DNA from: a virus
Reading direction: 5' to 3' (one strand)
IMG/VR virus record: IMGVR_UViG_3300022204_000005
DNA: 64,000 nucleotides
Shown here: piece by piece, positions 8,574 to 18,203 of the stretch
Layout: every line of letters begins with the position of its first letter
How positions within the stretch are numbered: position 1 is the stretch's first letter
Program-made: the position numbers and the translations under genes
The notes under the pieces: model-generated
What the model was told of the DNA's origin: nothing
What the model saw: only the letters and a program-made list of their open reading frames with translations
Databases searched by the model: none

Positions 8574-9214
8574 GCGACAACCTTTCCTACGCCTTTATCA
8601 ACGGCCAGCCCCGGAACTACGATTTCTCATCGGAGGCTTACGACGCTGACCAGATGGGCAGGGGATGGTCCTCTCCCCAACCGGACTTCACCGGTTGGGA
8701 TATCGAAGACCTGTACAACCTCATCTCCGACAATAATATCGAAGGGACTTTCGAGGAGGAGACGGGAGAGGCATTCCCCGATACGGTCGCCGCCCTCGAA
8801 GACCTCGACATTGACTAGGAGGCGCTTATCGACCTTCTCGACGAATACTATTCCGAAAATCAGGACGAACTCTATCCCCTCATGGGCTATCTCCTCCCCG
8901 CCAGAGGGGACGGCGGTGGTTTGCAAGCGGCCCTCTTGGGGACCTGCCTTGTGGCGGTAGAGGTGTGGGGAGAGACTTACATGGCCCTCGCTGCGGGGGG
9001 GATGGACCTCTCGTGGGATATTTGCGAAGCCTACATCTCCCTTGGCTACTACCCCCCCGCTCATTACTGCGACCTCCCCCGTATGGCTGGGAGGGGGCTT
9101 TCGCCCAAGGACAAAGCCACCATCAAAACCTGTAAAGAGTCTATCAAGGTTGTCATGGAGCAGTTCCAGGCGCGTATCGACCACCTGACCGAAATGGAGA
9201 ACCGGGAAAAATGA
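8570..9214 (+). pseudogene. single reading frame split by one in-frame TAG (8816-8818): nonsense allele or readthrough
   Basis: ORFs 8570..8818 and 8882..9214 are in frame and joined by 21 sense codons (EALIDLLDEYYSENQDELYPL); no SD before ATG 8882. Confidence 0.55.
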
Positions 9215-9699
9215 ATAAATTCCGTTGGCTTATCCAACGAGTAAATCTACGGGCCAAGGGGGGAGCCCCCCGAGAGGGGGTGGACAATAAATTCAGCATG
9301 GATTATATGGGCGCTTCCGAATTTGAATTTGGAACGCTCCCCAAGGTGTTGGCCCGGATGCGGGAACACCTCGAAGCCTTCGAGATCAAACGAATTAAAC
9401 TCCCGACCGGGGAGGTTGCCTGGGCACTTTCGGTGCCCGAAGATTACGAGGAGGTAAAGGCATTCTTTCAACAGGAGTTAGAGGAGCCTAACCGGCTCCT
9501 GAAAATGCCCTCACTGCTAAGGCTTTCCTACGAGGAGGTGAAACCCTATTCAGAAATCATTGGGTGGTGGGCTATCGACGAATCTGTTGGAGCCTATCCT
9601 GACCGGGAGTACGTCACTCCCTGGGTAATGTTCAAGAAAAAATCAATGGCCAAAGATTTCCTCAAAGGACTTAAGGCCAAACCCACAGAGAACAACTAA
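9211..9699 (+). CDS. conserved phage hypothetical protein (DYMGASEFEFG motif)
   Basis: ORF track; ATGA overlap. Confidence 0.7.
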   Translation: MNKFRWLIQRVNLRAKGGAPREGVDNKFSMDYMGASEFEFGTLPKVLARMREHLEAFEIKRIKLPTGEVAWALSVPEDYEEVKAFFQQELEEPNRLLKMPSLLRLSYEEVKPYSEIIGWWAIDESVGAYPDREYVTPWVMFKKKSMAKDFLKGLKAKPTENN

Positions 9700-9956
9700 T
9701 GACATACTTCATCGTAGACAAAGACCTCATCGACGACGGACTCCTCAACGGAAGGACCTACGGGGGGGAACAGGCACCCGAAGGGGTGGAGCCCACCCGA
9801 TTCCGTCTCTACGACGACGACAATATCCTCTATTTCGAGGGGAGGGCTTGGCTCCGTCCCGACGATAGCGGATTCGAGATGCAGGATAGCCTTGGTTACA
9901 GCTACGGCTGTACCTCCACGAAGCTCCTCGAAAAGGGCAAGTGGAACATCCTCTAG
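9699..9956 (+). CDS. conserved phage hypothetical protein (FRLYDDDNILYFEG motif)
   Basis: ORF track; TAATG overlap. Confidence 0.7.
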   Translation: MTYFIVDKDLIDDGLLNGRTYGGEQAPEGVEPTRFRLYDDDNILYFEGRAWLRPDDSGFEMQDSLGYSYGCTSTKLLEKGKWNIL

Positions 9957-10046
9957 AGTTTCTTTAGGGGGAGCCTCTTAGTTATGAGGGGCTTCCCATC
10001 CTTTTCACACCACAAACACACTATCTATTCCAAGGAACACACGACT

Positions 10047-10916
10047 ATGACTACTCCTACACTCAACGACTTCGCAAAGTTCATCAAAAGCCAAATGGGG
10101 AAACCCGGTATCCGTGACCTCCAACGGACTGCCGCCTACCACGCCCGAGACATTTTCGGGGAGGACACTTCCATGCTGGAAGTGAACCCCTATCATTTCG
10201 GCCCGAAACTCTCGGGTGCCAATGGCCATCTGTCCCCGAAGAGCAAGGAGATGTATTGCAGGGCCTTCATGCAGGCTTGGATTATCTTCCACAAAGAGGG
10301 TCTGAAAGACGTTACCTCTTTGAAAGAGGGTAAAGATATCTTCACCCCTGGCCAATACGAAGCCCTGAAACAGGGTTGGTGGGGCGAGGTGGGGGTTGGG
10401 GAGTTGTTCGAGGAGCTTATGCACCCGTCGGGCAAGGTCCGCATCGAAGAGTTTTTCGAGAAAGACCTGGGAATGGCTCCGTCCACTGCCCAAAAGCAGA
10501 GACGGGATATCACCAAGGCCCTCCGAGAGGACGCCTGTCGAGGGTTTGACCGCACCAAAGCCGAACGACGGCGTGCCTTGGCGGTAGAGAGAGCCGTGGA
10601 CGCCAAACGGGAGAAGGAGGAGGCAGAGCTAAAGGCTCGTATTGCCGAGGAGGCGAAGGCTTCTTTCGAGGCCCGCGCCGAGGAGAAGGCGGCAGTGGAG
10701 GAAGTCTACACCCCTCCTACCCCTCCGAAAACACAACCCGAAAACCCCCACACCTTTACTTTCCCTCTCCAGGGTGGTAGGGTGTTGACCTTCTCTCTCC
10801 CCGAAGACGGGTTGAGTGTTGCAGAGGCTCGGAGGTTTGCTTTGCATATCCTGAGCTATTGCCCCGATATGACCATTGAGGACCTTCAAGCGCTCTCCCC
10901 TGCCCAGAGAGTCTAA
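10047..10916 (+). CDS. hypothetical protein; C-terminal domain shared with 49825..51507
   Basis: start moved after CA-rich leader and AAGGA SD; FPLQGGRVLTFSLPEDGLSVAEARR matches LQLKGDRVFKYEVPETGLTSNEAMR. Confidence 0.7.
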   Translation: MTTPTLNDFAKFIKSQMGKPGIRDLQRTAAYHARDIFGEDTSMLEVNPYHFGPKLSGANGHLSPKSKEMYCRAFMQAWIIFHKEGLKDVTSLKEGKDIFTPGQYEALKQGWWGEVGVGELFEELMHPSGKVRIEEFFEKDLGMAPSTAQKQRRDITKALREDACRGFDRTKAERRRALAVERAVDAKREKEEAELKARIAEEAKASFEARAEEKAAVEEVYTPPTPPKTQPENPHTFTFPLQGGRVLTFSLPEDGLSVAEARRFALHILSYCPDMTIEDLQALSPAQRV

Positions 10917-11034
10917 ATGCTCTTCGGAATCATCGCGGTTATCACCCTGGCTATCGGGGTGATAACAGGTTGGGTACTCGTAATCCTTTGCGGGTACATC
11001 ATCTGGAAATTCGATCTTTGGTATTGAGGTAAAG

Positions 11035-11319
11035 ATGGACGACGGCTCCATGTTCAAAGCTGCAATTATCGTGGTCATAGTATGCATCGTTGCATACATT
11101 GGCTATTCCTATTACGATAACTCCGCTCGGGAGATTATCATGGACTGCTCTCCCACAAAGAGTCTCTACTCTCCGGGGAGAGTGAACAAAGAGTATTGCA
11201 TCAAAAGGGATGCTCTTTGTTCTGATACAGATGGGGGCACTTACAGTTGCAAGAAGACTGTAAAGTGCTACGAGGACGAACAACAAGCCATTGAGGCTTG
11301 CGAGGAAGGGAGATACTGA
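11035..11319 (+). CDS. small membrane-anchored Cys-rich protein
   Basis: N-terminal hydrophobic helix followed by six Cys. Confidence 0.65.
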   Translation: MDDGSMFKAAIIVVIVCIVAYIGYSYYDNSAREIIMDCSPTKSLYSPGRVNKEYCIKRDALCSDTDGGTYSCKKTVKCYEDEQQAIEACEEGRY

Positions 11320-11553
11320 ATGGATAGCCATATGGACGACACCTATCACTTCATGGATGTACCTATCGACGACTATACCGTCACCGGGTACATCGAGGTT
11401 GGGTTGACTTCAGGTCCCGAACCTGTCATCGTCTTTGAGGAGATTTTGCACGAAGACCTCCTCATTGAGGATGAAAACCGTCTGGAGGAAATCGAAACAA
11501 TCCTCCGAGCAGACAAAGGTCTGTTTGACACACTGTTTCAAACCATTTCATAA
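11320..11553 (+). CDS. hypothetical acidic protein
   Basis: ORF track; abuts upstream stop; GGAG SD. Confidence 0.6.
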   Translation: MDSHMDDTYHFMDVPIDDYTVTGYIEVGLTSGPEPVIVFEEILHEDLLIEDENRLEEIETILRADKGLFDTLFQTIS

Positions 11554-11598
11554 CCCACCCGCTACACACGAACACACCACACAAGAGAGACACGAGCT

Positions 11599-11841
11599 AT
11601 GACTACCAAAAAGAAACCGACCCCCGAGCAGAAAGAAATCATCAACGGGCTCCAAAAGCACGCTCTCGCCCACTACGAGGAGGGTTGGGATATGCTTTAT
11701 GAGGCTTGGGAGGATTACGAAATCGTGGAAGTCCTCGAAGAAAAGGATATCATGACCTTTGAGGAAGCTCTTGAAGAGTTCACAAAGATCATGGGTATCT
11801 GCGGAGAGCGGAGAGCGGAGGTACAGTCCTTTATCTTCTGA
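11599..11841 (+). CDS. hypothetical protein, paralog of 2909..3133
   Basis: shared KHALAHYEEG and EVQSFIF; CA-rich leader. Confidence 0.75.
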   Translation: MTTKKKPTPEQKEIINGLQKHALAHYEEGWDMLYEAWEDYEIVEVLEEKDIMTFEEALEEFTKIMGICGERRAEVQSFIF

Positions 11842-11952
11842 AACACTTTCCAACCACTTTTGAAACAAAATGAAACATCCCCTGGTATTAGACTAGGGGA
11901 TATTTCTACTAAAATGAAACACTTTCACTGAGGGGTGAAACAAAATGAAACA
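11839..11952. promoter_or_regulatory. six phased TGAAACA direct repeats flanking a hairpin (putative operator array)
   Basis: TGAAACA at 11839, 11861, 11871, 11915, 11936, 11946; ATCCCCT/AGGGGAT hairpin between the two triplets. Confidence 0.55.
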
Positions 11953-12343
11953 ACATACCACTAAAGAATTCTCTGGGGCTTCTCAGGGAGTCCAATGGGT
12001 GGCAAAGGAAACGTGGACCTATGAGCCTACAAACTTTTGGATTGATATTTCCTTGACGCTCCCCGGAGGTGTTTGTTTCATACTTACCTTACCTAACACC
12101 GGACTACACACATTCACCGTTATGACAGGAGTGACTAGGAAACAAAACTATATTCCTGTGGCAAACGGGGTGGCTTTGGAGTTCACTCCAAAAACAAATT
12201 CCAGTATCATATACCTTTCCTATCCTCAGGTAGGGCAGATAACAATCCCCGAGTTCAACATCTTTGACCTCATGGTCGAGATTAACGAACTCAGTAACAA
12301 ACAACTCGAAGAAACATTCAGAAACGTAGGTAAAACAAAATGA
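11945..12343 (+). CDS. hypothetical protein
   Basis: ORF track; GAGGGG SD. Confidence 0.6.
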   Translation: MKQHTTKEFSGASQGVQWVAKETWTYEPTNFWIDISLTLPGGVCFILTLPNTGLHTFTVMTGVTRKQNYIPVANGVALEFTPKTNSSIIYLSYPQVGQITIPEFNIFDLMVEINELSNKQLEETFRNVGKTK

Positions 12344-12636
12344 AACAACCCGTCCCTGCGGAAACAGCCTTACAGTTTCAAATGGACAACGTAAGAGCTT
12401 CCTTTACCTTTACTTTCCCCGTCTGGACAAGCAAACATGCCGACGAAATCATAGAGGGTCTAAAAGCCCAAAGAAATATCATAAACGTGTCCTATGATTA
12501 TCCTGGCTTTGAGGTAGAGTGGGAGCCCGAGTGCACCCCCACCGTTCTCGCACTTCGAGAAAAGCACACTCAACTTCGAGAGGTCTTCAGACCCTTTCTC
12601 GACAGTCTCGTCACAGAGGATGAGGATATGGAATGA
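12340..12636 (+). CDS. hypothetical protein
   Basis: ORF track; ATGA overlap. Confidence 0.65.
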   Translation: MKQPVPAETALQFQMDNVRASFTFTFPVWTSKHADEIIEGLKAQRNIINVSYDYPGFEVEWEPECTPTVLALREKHTQLREVFRPFLDSLVTEDEDME

Positions 12637-13070
12637 AACAACCTATCATCTTTCTAGACATCGATGGGGTCATGAATGGCTCCGAGGTCCCTTACGAGGA
12701 ATCTTGGGGCATTGATATCTGCCCCGCTGCAAAAGAGAGACTAAACCGACTAGTGGAGGAAACAGGGGCTACGGTCATTATCTCTTCCTCCTATAGGTTC
12801 AAATATGCCTACCCCAAACTCGGTGGGATTTTGGGCCTGAAACGTAGAGTGGTTTCGGGTGCTACGGGGAGAGACATCGGGGAGAGGTGGAGACAAATCC
12901 AAGCCTACCTCTCGGAGAACCCAACCGAGGCTCCGTTCATTATCCTTGACGATACCTGGGGGTTTGGCCCTCTGGAGGATAGGCATGTTTGGGTTGACCC
13001 CGAGGTGGGGCTGCAAGACGCCGATGTAGACATAGCTATTACTTTGCTTACGGTTTCTGACCCCGAGTAA
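12633..13070 (+). CDS. HAD-superfamily phosphatase (Swiss Army Knife RNA-repair-like HAD domain)
   Basis: IIFLDIDGVMN motif I, IISSSYR motif II, IILDD motif IV, VDPEVGL. Confidence 0.8.
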   Translation: MKQPIIFLDIDGVMNGSEVPYEESWGIDICPAAKERLNRLVEETGATVIISSSYRFKYAYPKLGGILGLKRRVVSGATGRDIGERWRQIQAYLSENPTEAPFIILDDTWGFGPLEDRHVWVDPEVGLQDADVDIAITLLTVSDPE

Positions 13071-13140
13071 GGGTTCAGCGAGTTTATCGGTAAAATTGTC
13101 CCACCTTTAGCCTAAAAGGAACCGATAAACTCACTAAACC
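13071..13140 (+). other. long intergenic inverted repeat
   Basis: GAGTTTATCGGT (13080-13091) / ACCGATAAACTC (13121-13132), perfect 12 bp with inner hairpin. Confidence 0.6.
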
Positions 13141-13168
13141 TTTACTCAATCCATCAGGAGGTTTACGG

Positions 13169-13705
13169 ATGAACAAAGAAGAGATTTGTAAAGATATAGC
13201 CAACCGCTTCTACTTGAAACAAGTATCTGGTTATGCCGAGTACGGACGTCTGCCGGAAATCAAACTCTGGATTGCTAAAGGAGTAAAACCTCATCGAAAC
13301 ATCTACAGGCTAATCCGAAAGGAAGCAACGAGGGCTTTTGATGAGGGTAAACGTTCGAGAAATTACTATTACATGAGACCCCCTGAACACAACCCAAAGT
13401 TTTGTGAGCACGACGCTTGCCAAACGGCGATGGATATCTGGAGAGGTCTAGATGGGAAGGCGATTGCACAGAATTGCTTTGACCATATAGGCAACAAATC
13501 CGAAGCCATTGAACAAGCCTACGAGGCTATTTCTAGTCTTTATGATTGGATGCAGGAAACCGCACCGGAAAAGAGGCTTGAATTGCTCCGGCATGACAGA
13601 ACCAGGGCTCAGGCTTGGTTCTTTGTCAAACTTTGGCAAGCCTTTGAGTGGCCTAACCAAGAAATCATGACCGGAACCTTGGAGGCATACAGATGCATAA
13701 TCTAG
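13169..13705 (+). CDS. hypothetical protein
   Basis: ORF track; AGGAGG SD. Confidence 0.7.
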   Translation: MNKEEICKDIANRFYLKQVSGYAEYGRLPEIKLWIAKGVKPHRNIYRLIRKEATRAFDEGKRSRNYYYMRPPEHNPKFCEHDACQTAMDIWRGLDGKAIAQNCFDHIGNKSEAIEQAYEAISSLYDWMQETAPEKRLELLRHDRTRAQAWFFVKLWQAFEWPNQEIMTGTLEAYRCII

Positions 13706-14814
13706 CACAAAAACTTTATAGCAATAACATTGACCTTTGGACCGCTTCTCGACAAAGGGTCTTCGTCAACGAGACGGGATGTTTTTTTGATTCGGGAGAG
13801 GGTTCTGATGTGACCTATATTCTCCCAGAGGACATCTTTTGGGTAGGGCAGCACTCCCCTTGGTTTAAGTTTGAAGAGGTGAATACTCTTGAGAAAGTTG
13901 TAAACCTTTTTCAAAAAACAGAAATAGACCTCAAAGAAGCTCACAAATGGATGGAGCCTAAGAATATCCTTAGGCTTATGCGAAATGGGCCGGGGATATT
14001 CCTCTTCCCTCCAGAAGGGGTCAGCGGGCTTGCCCCAGGTACAAACACCTATTACACACAGAGACTTACCCCCGAGGCCGAAGCCCTATCAGAGGATGAG
14101 CGTCAAGAGGCTCTTCAGTTGGGAGGTATCTATAGGAAAATCAAATGTATAGACATGCCTCTTCTAATGAAAAAACAAAATGTCCTCCAAGAGCTAATCA
14201 GGGTCTTCCATGAGGATTTTCTTAATGGGGATGATAAAGGACCTCGTTATCAAATTATTCATCAGGGAGAACACTCCTTTCTATATAAAAACACACAAGC
14301 CAGTTTTCGCCCTGAGCTGATAGGGGCGGATTTCATGCCGGAAGGAGGCGTAACCTTCAAAACGGTAGGTTCTTCTGCCCCAACCATTAACACTGCCCTA
14401 TCCCAGGCTCGGGACTTGATGTTTACTATAAGTGAACTCCCCGAAAACATAGACCTAACCGAACTAAGGGCTTACCTCGGGGACTTTCTGAAGCCAAAGG
14501 TTAAAGAGCCCAAGACTGTTCTTCACCTAGAGGATTGGTGTATTTGCCCAAGTGGACCCCGAAGACAAGATGGGGACTATTCAGGGGAAGCCTATAGAGA
14601 GGATGTCCTTCTCCCTGCCCTGAGAGACTTTCAAAAAGTCTATGTGGATATGAATCGCATTATCCCTCCGGGGTGTTCTTGGTTGGAAAGCTGTTTTGGT
14701 CCTTTGACGAATACCTATTCCGTCGAGGACTTAGAAGAGAGACTGTTCATATTGGTGGACCAAAAATCCCAAGTCAGACTGGCTTGGTGCTATATTCGGG
14801 GAGAAAAACCGTGA
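13693..14814 (+). CDS. protein with C-terminal DUF4325 (STAS-like) domain
   Basis: SGEAYREDVLLPAL...VYVDM...GCSWLESCFGPL motif. Confidence 0.7.
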   Translation: MHNLAQKLYSNNIDLWTASRQRVFVNETGCFFDSGEGSDVTYILPEDIFWVGQHSPWFKFEEVNTLEKVVNLFQKTEIDLKEAHKWMEPKNILRLMRNGPGIFLFPPEGVSGLAPGTNTYYTQRLTPEAEALSEDERQEALQLGGIYRKIKCIDMPLLMKKQNVLQELIRVFHEDFLNGDDKGPRYQIIHQGEHSFLYKNTQASFRPELIGADFMPEGGVTFKTVGSSAPTINTALSQARDLMFTISELPENIDLTELRAYLGDFLKPKVKEPKTVLHLEDWCICPSGPRRQDGDYSGEAYREDVLLPALRDFQKVYVDMNRIIPPGCSWLESCFGPLTNTYSVEDLEERLFILVDQKSQVRLAWCYIRGEKP

Positions 14815-15161
14815 GAAAGTGGATTTTCTCCCTTTTCACTCGAAAAAAGGGGAAACCTTTGACAACAACGACACTAAAGCTCTCTGAATGGAATATCTTT
14901 CCTTTCGGGGAGCTAAGAGCCCACTACCCCCTAACATCGGGAGAAACCTATAGGGAAGACTTCCTACTGCCTGCCTTGAAAACCTTTGATACGGTCTATG
15001 TGGATTTTGGAGAGATAATCTCTCCAGGGTCCTCTTGGTTGGTAGGGTGCTTTGGTCCTTTGACGGACACCTATTCCGTCGAGGAATTGAAACAGAAACT
15101 AAAATTCAAAAATACCTCTCAGGTGGACAAAGGTCTTATCTGGAGATACATTAGGGAGTAA
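14811..15161 (+). CDS. DUF4325 (STAS-like) protein
   Basis: SGETYREDFLLPAL...VYVDF...GSSWLVGCFGPL; GTG start overlapping upstream stop, GGGGAG SD. Confidence 0.7.
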   Translation: MRKWIFSLFTRKKGKPLTTTTLKLSEWNIFPFGELRAHYPLTSGETYREDFLLPALKTFDTVYVDFGEIISPGSSWLVGCFGPLTDTYSVEELKQKLKFKNTSQVDKGLIWRYIRE

Positions 15162-15164
15162 CCC

Positions 15165-15608
15165 ATGATTAGAATGCCGTGGTGGGAGAAGTCTCCCAGA
15201 AAACATTTGCTGAAACTCCTCCAGGGTGACCTGACCCCGAAAGAGGTCGAAGAGATGACCTCGATTCTTAGGGGGGTCGCTACTCTTGACCATTGGGATA
15301 TTACCCTTAAACTGTCCGAGTGGGGGTCTGACTTTCGGGCCATTACCCGAGACGAACACCCCACCGTATCAGCGGAATCCTATAGGGACGAGGTGTTTCT
15401 CCCGGCTGTTCAAGACTACTCGAACGTCACTCTAGACATTAGAGGGGTTGATGTCCGGCAGGCGTGGCTCCGGGTCCTTTTGGTAGGGCTCAGAGAAGAG
15501 GTTTCTTTCGCCAAAGGGCTAAGGAGTTTCAATCTCGATACGGACTCCGTTACCACAGAAATGTGGGCGTGGGAAGTTATCGCAAACACCGAACAAAAAG
15601 GAGAGTAA
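15165..15608 (+). CDS. divergent DUF4325-like protein
   Basis: SAESYRDEVFLPAV...VTLDI motif aligns with the two upstream paralogs. Confidence 0.55.
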   Translation: MIRMPWWEKSPRKHLLKLLQGDLTPKEVEEMTSILRGVATLDHWDITLKLSEWGSDFRAITRDEHPTVSAESYRDEVFLPAVQDYSNVTLDIRGVDVRQAWLRVLLVGLREEVSFAKGLRSFNLDTDSVTTEMWAWEVIANTEQKGE

Positions 15609-15611
15609 TCA

Positions 15612-15911
15612 ATGATCGATATCTATGAACTAACCGTCAATATCACCCCTTCACAAATCGAGGAGTACCTTGGGGAACAGACCCGAGTCGCTCTGCTTCT
15701 CACCAACGCAAAGGTAAAATGGAAAATCTGGACAGAAACCCGCACCCAGACGTCCTTTTTCGTCGCTTTGGAAAGAGGCTCGGAGCCTGACTTCTCGGAA
15801 CTTTTGGGGGTTGACACAAAGCCCTCACTTTACCAACTGAAATGGGACCAACCTGTCGGACACGGAGATGTTCGAGGGTTTATGGCCCTAAAATACCCGG
15901 AGCTAATGTGA
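15612..15911 (+). CDS. hypothetical protein
   Basis: ORF track; AGGAG SD. Confidence 0.65.
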   Translation: MIDIYELTVNITPSQIEEYLGEQTRVALLLTNAKVKWKIWTETRTQTSFFVALERGSEPDFSELLGVDTKPSLYQLKWDQPVGHGDVRGFMALKYPELM

Positions 15912-16165
15912 AAATAAAACTCACCATTGAACTTGACCTCTCCCCCCTGAACCTTTCGGGGGAGGAGGCAGACGACGCCCATATCAATGCGTATCTAGAG
16001 GGTCATCTAAGGGCTATCAAACTCGAAACCTTGAACGCAAGGACTATAATCCTGTCCTCCAAACACTTTCAACCTGAAGTAAAAACAGCAATGCTCAAGT
16101 CTGTTGAGAAGGACCTGGCGATTGCCAAACAATTCTTGGAGTTTAGTTTTGAACGCACCGATTAA
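15908..16165 (+). CDS. hypothetical protein
   Basis: ORF 15842..16165, start moved to GTG overlapping upstream TGA. Confidence 0.6.
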   Translation: MKIKLTIELDLSPLNLSGEEADDAHINAYLEGHLRAIKLETLNARTIILSSKHFQPEVKTAMLKSVEKDLAIAKQFLEFSFERTD

Positions 16166-16181
16166 CCTCAGTTGGGGTTCT

Positions 16182-16301
16182 ATGTGGAAGATTGCCGGTG
16201 GCGTCTTCCTTGGCTTGACTTTTTTCACCATAGGCTCTACCATCTTGTCTCTCATCACCTTCCTCTGCTTGGTGGTGCTAGGCGTCATGGGCCTATCTTA
16301 G
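16182..16301 (+). CDS. small membrane protein
   Basis: MWKIAGGVFLGLTFF... fully hydrophobic 39 aa. Confidence 0.55.
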   Translation: MWKIAGGVFLGLTFFTIGSTILSLITFLCLVVLGVMGLS

Positions 16302-16561
16302 GAGATTCACAATGGAATACGGAAAACTGCTACTCGAAACCAAGTACCGAAAGAAATGGAGAAACACCGAGGGCATTGTCACCATAGCCCTCTTCTATCA
16401 AGGTCGGTGGAATATCACTGACCAATACGATGAGAGTGATTATCCCGACCTTTAAGGTTGGTTCCCTGGCAAAAGGTATCCAGGCCAAGAGGAGGGTATC
16501 AAAACCCTCTCCAGGGATTATTTCTGCACACACACTACGACACCACACAGGGGGTAAAGAA

Positions 16562-17320
16562 ATGTCTAATACCCAACTACTAAATAAACTAAAGGAGATT
16601 AAACGATACCAATACTGGTGTCTGGGGGGTCAAGTTGTTTTCATTCAGGACATATCCCCCAAACGAATCAAAATTAAAGAGTATACCTTTCAGAAAGTGA
16701 AAAAATCGTGGAGTCTAAATACTTCCCGATACTTTTACACAATGTTAGGTAAAGGGTATGACGAGCCCCATTTCAGGATAGAGGAGAAGGCTGCGTGGCC
16801 TTTGACCTATTTCCTTCATGCTTGGACATCCCTTTACCCCGAAGCCTCTATTGAAGAGAGGGCAGAAACAGCCCGGAAGTTTGTAGAGGGTGAACTGAAT
16901 AACATTTTGGAGGTGGCTAGGACCTGTCTGTATGAGGAAGAGAAACCCTATCTCCTCTCTAGCCTAAAAGAGGCAATACTACCCCACAAAAAGAAGACTA
17001 CATGGGATGGGTATCCCATTGTCATAGAGTACCTTCGTCAAAACGGCGTCTGGCTTCTGACAGAGGAAGATGAAAGAGCCCTATCCAGAGTGTTTTATGA
17101 AACCTTCCACGCTCAAAGTAGATTCACCCGAGAGTACAGATATCTTGAAAGAGTCATAGTGATTCATGGCTTTAGGGCGTTTCCCGAAAGAGAAATCGGG
17201 AGAGTCTGTGCTGAGATACTTTCCCTACACGGTATGGACCTTGACTACTTGGCTTCCGAAGCCTTTTCACCCACTCAGAAGGACAGCGAAAGATGGCAGA
17301 CCATTTTGGGAAATCCCTAA
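16562..17320 (+). CDS. hypothetical protein
   Basis: ORF 16430..17320, start moved after CA-rich leader. Confidence 0.65.
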   Translation: MSNTQLLNKLKEIKRYQYWCLGGQVVFIQDISPKRIKIKEYTFQKVKKSWSLNTSRYFYTMLGKGYDEPHFRIEEKAAWPLTYFLHAWTSLYPEASIEERAETARKFVEGELNNILEVARTCLYEEEKPYLLSSLKEAILPHKKKTTWDGYPIVIEYLRQNGVWLLTEEDERALSRVFYETFHAQSRFTREYRYLERVIVIHGFRAFPEREIGRVCAEILSLHGMDLDYLASEAFSPTQKDSERWQTILGNP

Positions 17321-17793
17321 GCGGAGAGGACTTCTCTAACCAAGACCTTCAAGACGACAACTTTGATGAGTGTCGTCTTGAAAAAACAAACTTTGAGAGC
17401 GCAAATCTTTATGGAGTGGGACTCTCTTGGAGTGTGCTTACAGAAGCGAACTTTAAGGGGGCTACACTGAAGTGGGCTGATGTACACTCCTCTTACGGTA
17501 TTGGAGCCTCCTTTGAAGATGCCGATTGTGAGTCGGCTAACTTCACAGACTGTAAACTGAGAGGAGCCTCTTTTAAAGGGGCAAATCTTTCTCACGCAGA
17601 ACTCTATAACGCCTCTCTTCAGAAAGTCGATTTTCGGGGAGCCGATCTTTCTGGTGCAAACCTTTCTCACGCAGACCTGACAGGAGCGGACCTTAGAGGA
17701 GCTATCCTTGACGGAGCGCTTATCTATGATGTAGACTTGACGGACGCGAACCTTGAGGGGGTTGACCTCTCTAAAGCCGTGGAAAAGCGATGA
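17293..17793 (+). CDS. pentapeptide repeat protein
   Basis: serial A(N/D)L/F-x-G-A repeats (ANLSHAELYNASLQKVDFRGADLSGANLSHADLTGADLRGA). Confidence 0.9.
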   Translation: MADHFGKSLSGEDFSNQDLQDDNFDECRLEKTNFESANLYGVGLSWSVLTEANFKGATLKWADVHSSYGIGASFEDADCESANFTDCKLRGASFKGANLSHAELYNASLQKVDFRGADLSGANLSHADLTGADLRGAILDGALIYDVDLTDANLEGVDLSKAVEKR

Positions 17794-18203
17794 AAATCAC
17801 TGACATAACCGAGCGGACCTTCGATGAGGCTTTTGATCTCTATATGGACGGGCTACCTTCCTACGGGAAGCACTCATTGCCGTCTTTCAAGAGTAGGTTG
17901 GAAGATACGATACATTTGCAGCCCGTTCATATCCAAAAAGCAATCGCAAAAGGTTTTGCTTCAGGTGAAATAAAAGGAGCTATCCCGTATCCTAGAACCC
18001 GAGAGTTCTTTTTTAGAAAGGCCGGTGTAGACTACACCGAAAAATTCTTTTCTGAGGTTCACAAAGAGGAGGGGTTCGAGGGGTTCGAGAATCGAGAACC
18101 TGTACTCATGACTAAGGATGAAAAACTATTCATGCCCTTTGTGGAGGGTTTAGGTGTAGCGAGTTTAGCCAAACTGATAAGGTGGGCATATGAAAATCAC
18201 TGA
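17790..18203 (+). CDS. hypothetical protein, family A copy 1
   Basis: MKITDITERTF...EPVLMTKDEKLFMPF shared with 18190 and 26270. Confidence 0.75.
   Translation: MKITDITERTFDEAFDLYMDGLPSYGKHSLPSFKSRLEDTIHLQPVHIQKAIAKGFASGEIKGAIPYPRTREFFFRKAGVDYTEKFFSEVHKEEGFEGFENREPVLMTKDEKLFMPFVEGLGVASLAKLIRWAYENH

Noticed and set aside
9699-10916. Readthrough fusion across TAG 9954 (in frame with 9984); likewise 1565 to 1580
   Set aside because: The intervening DNA has a hairpin, CA leader and SD, or is itself the SD, so these are ordinary intergenic regions in frame by chance.
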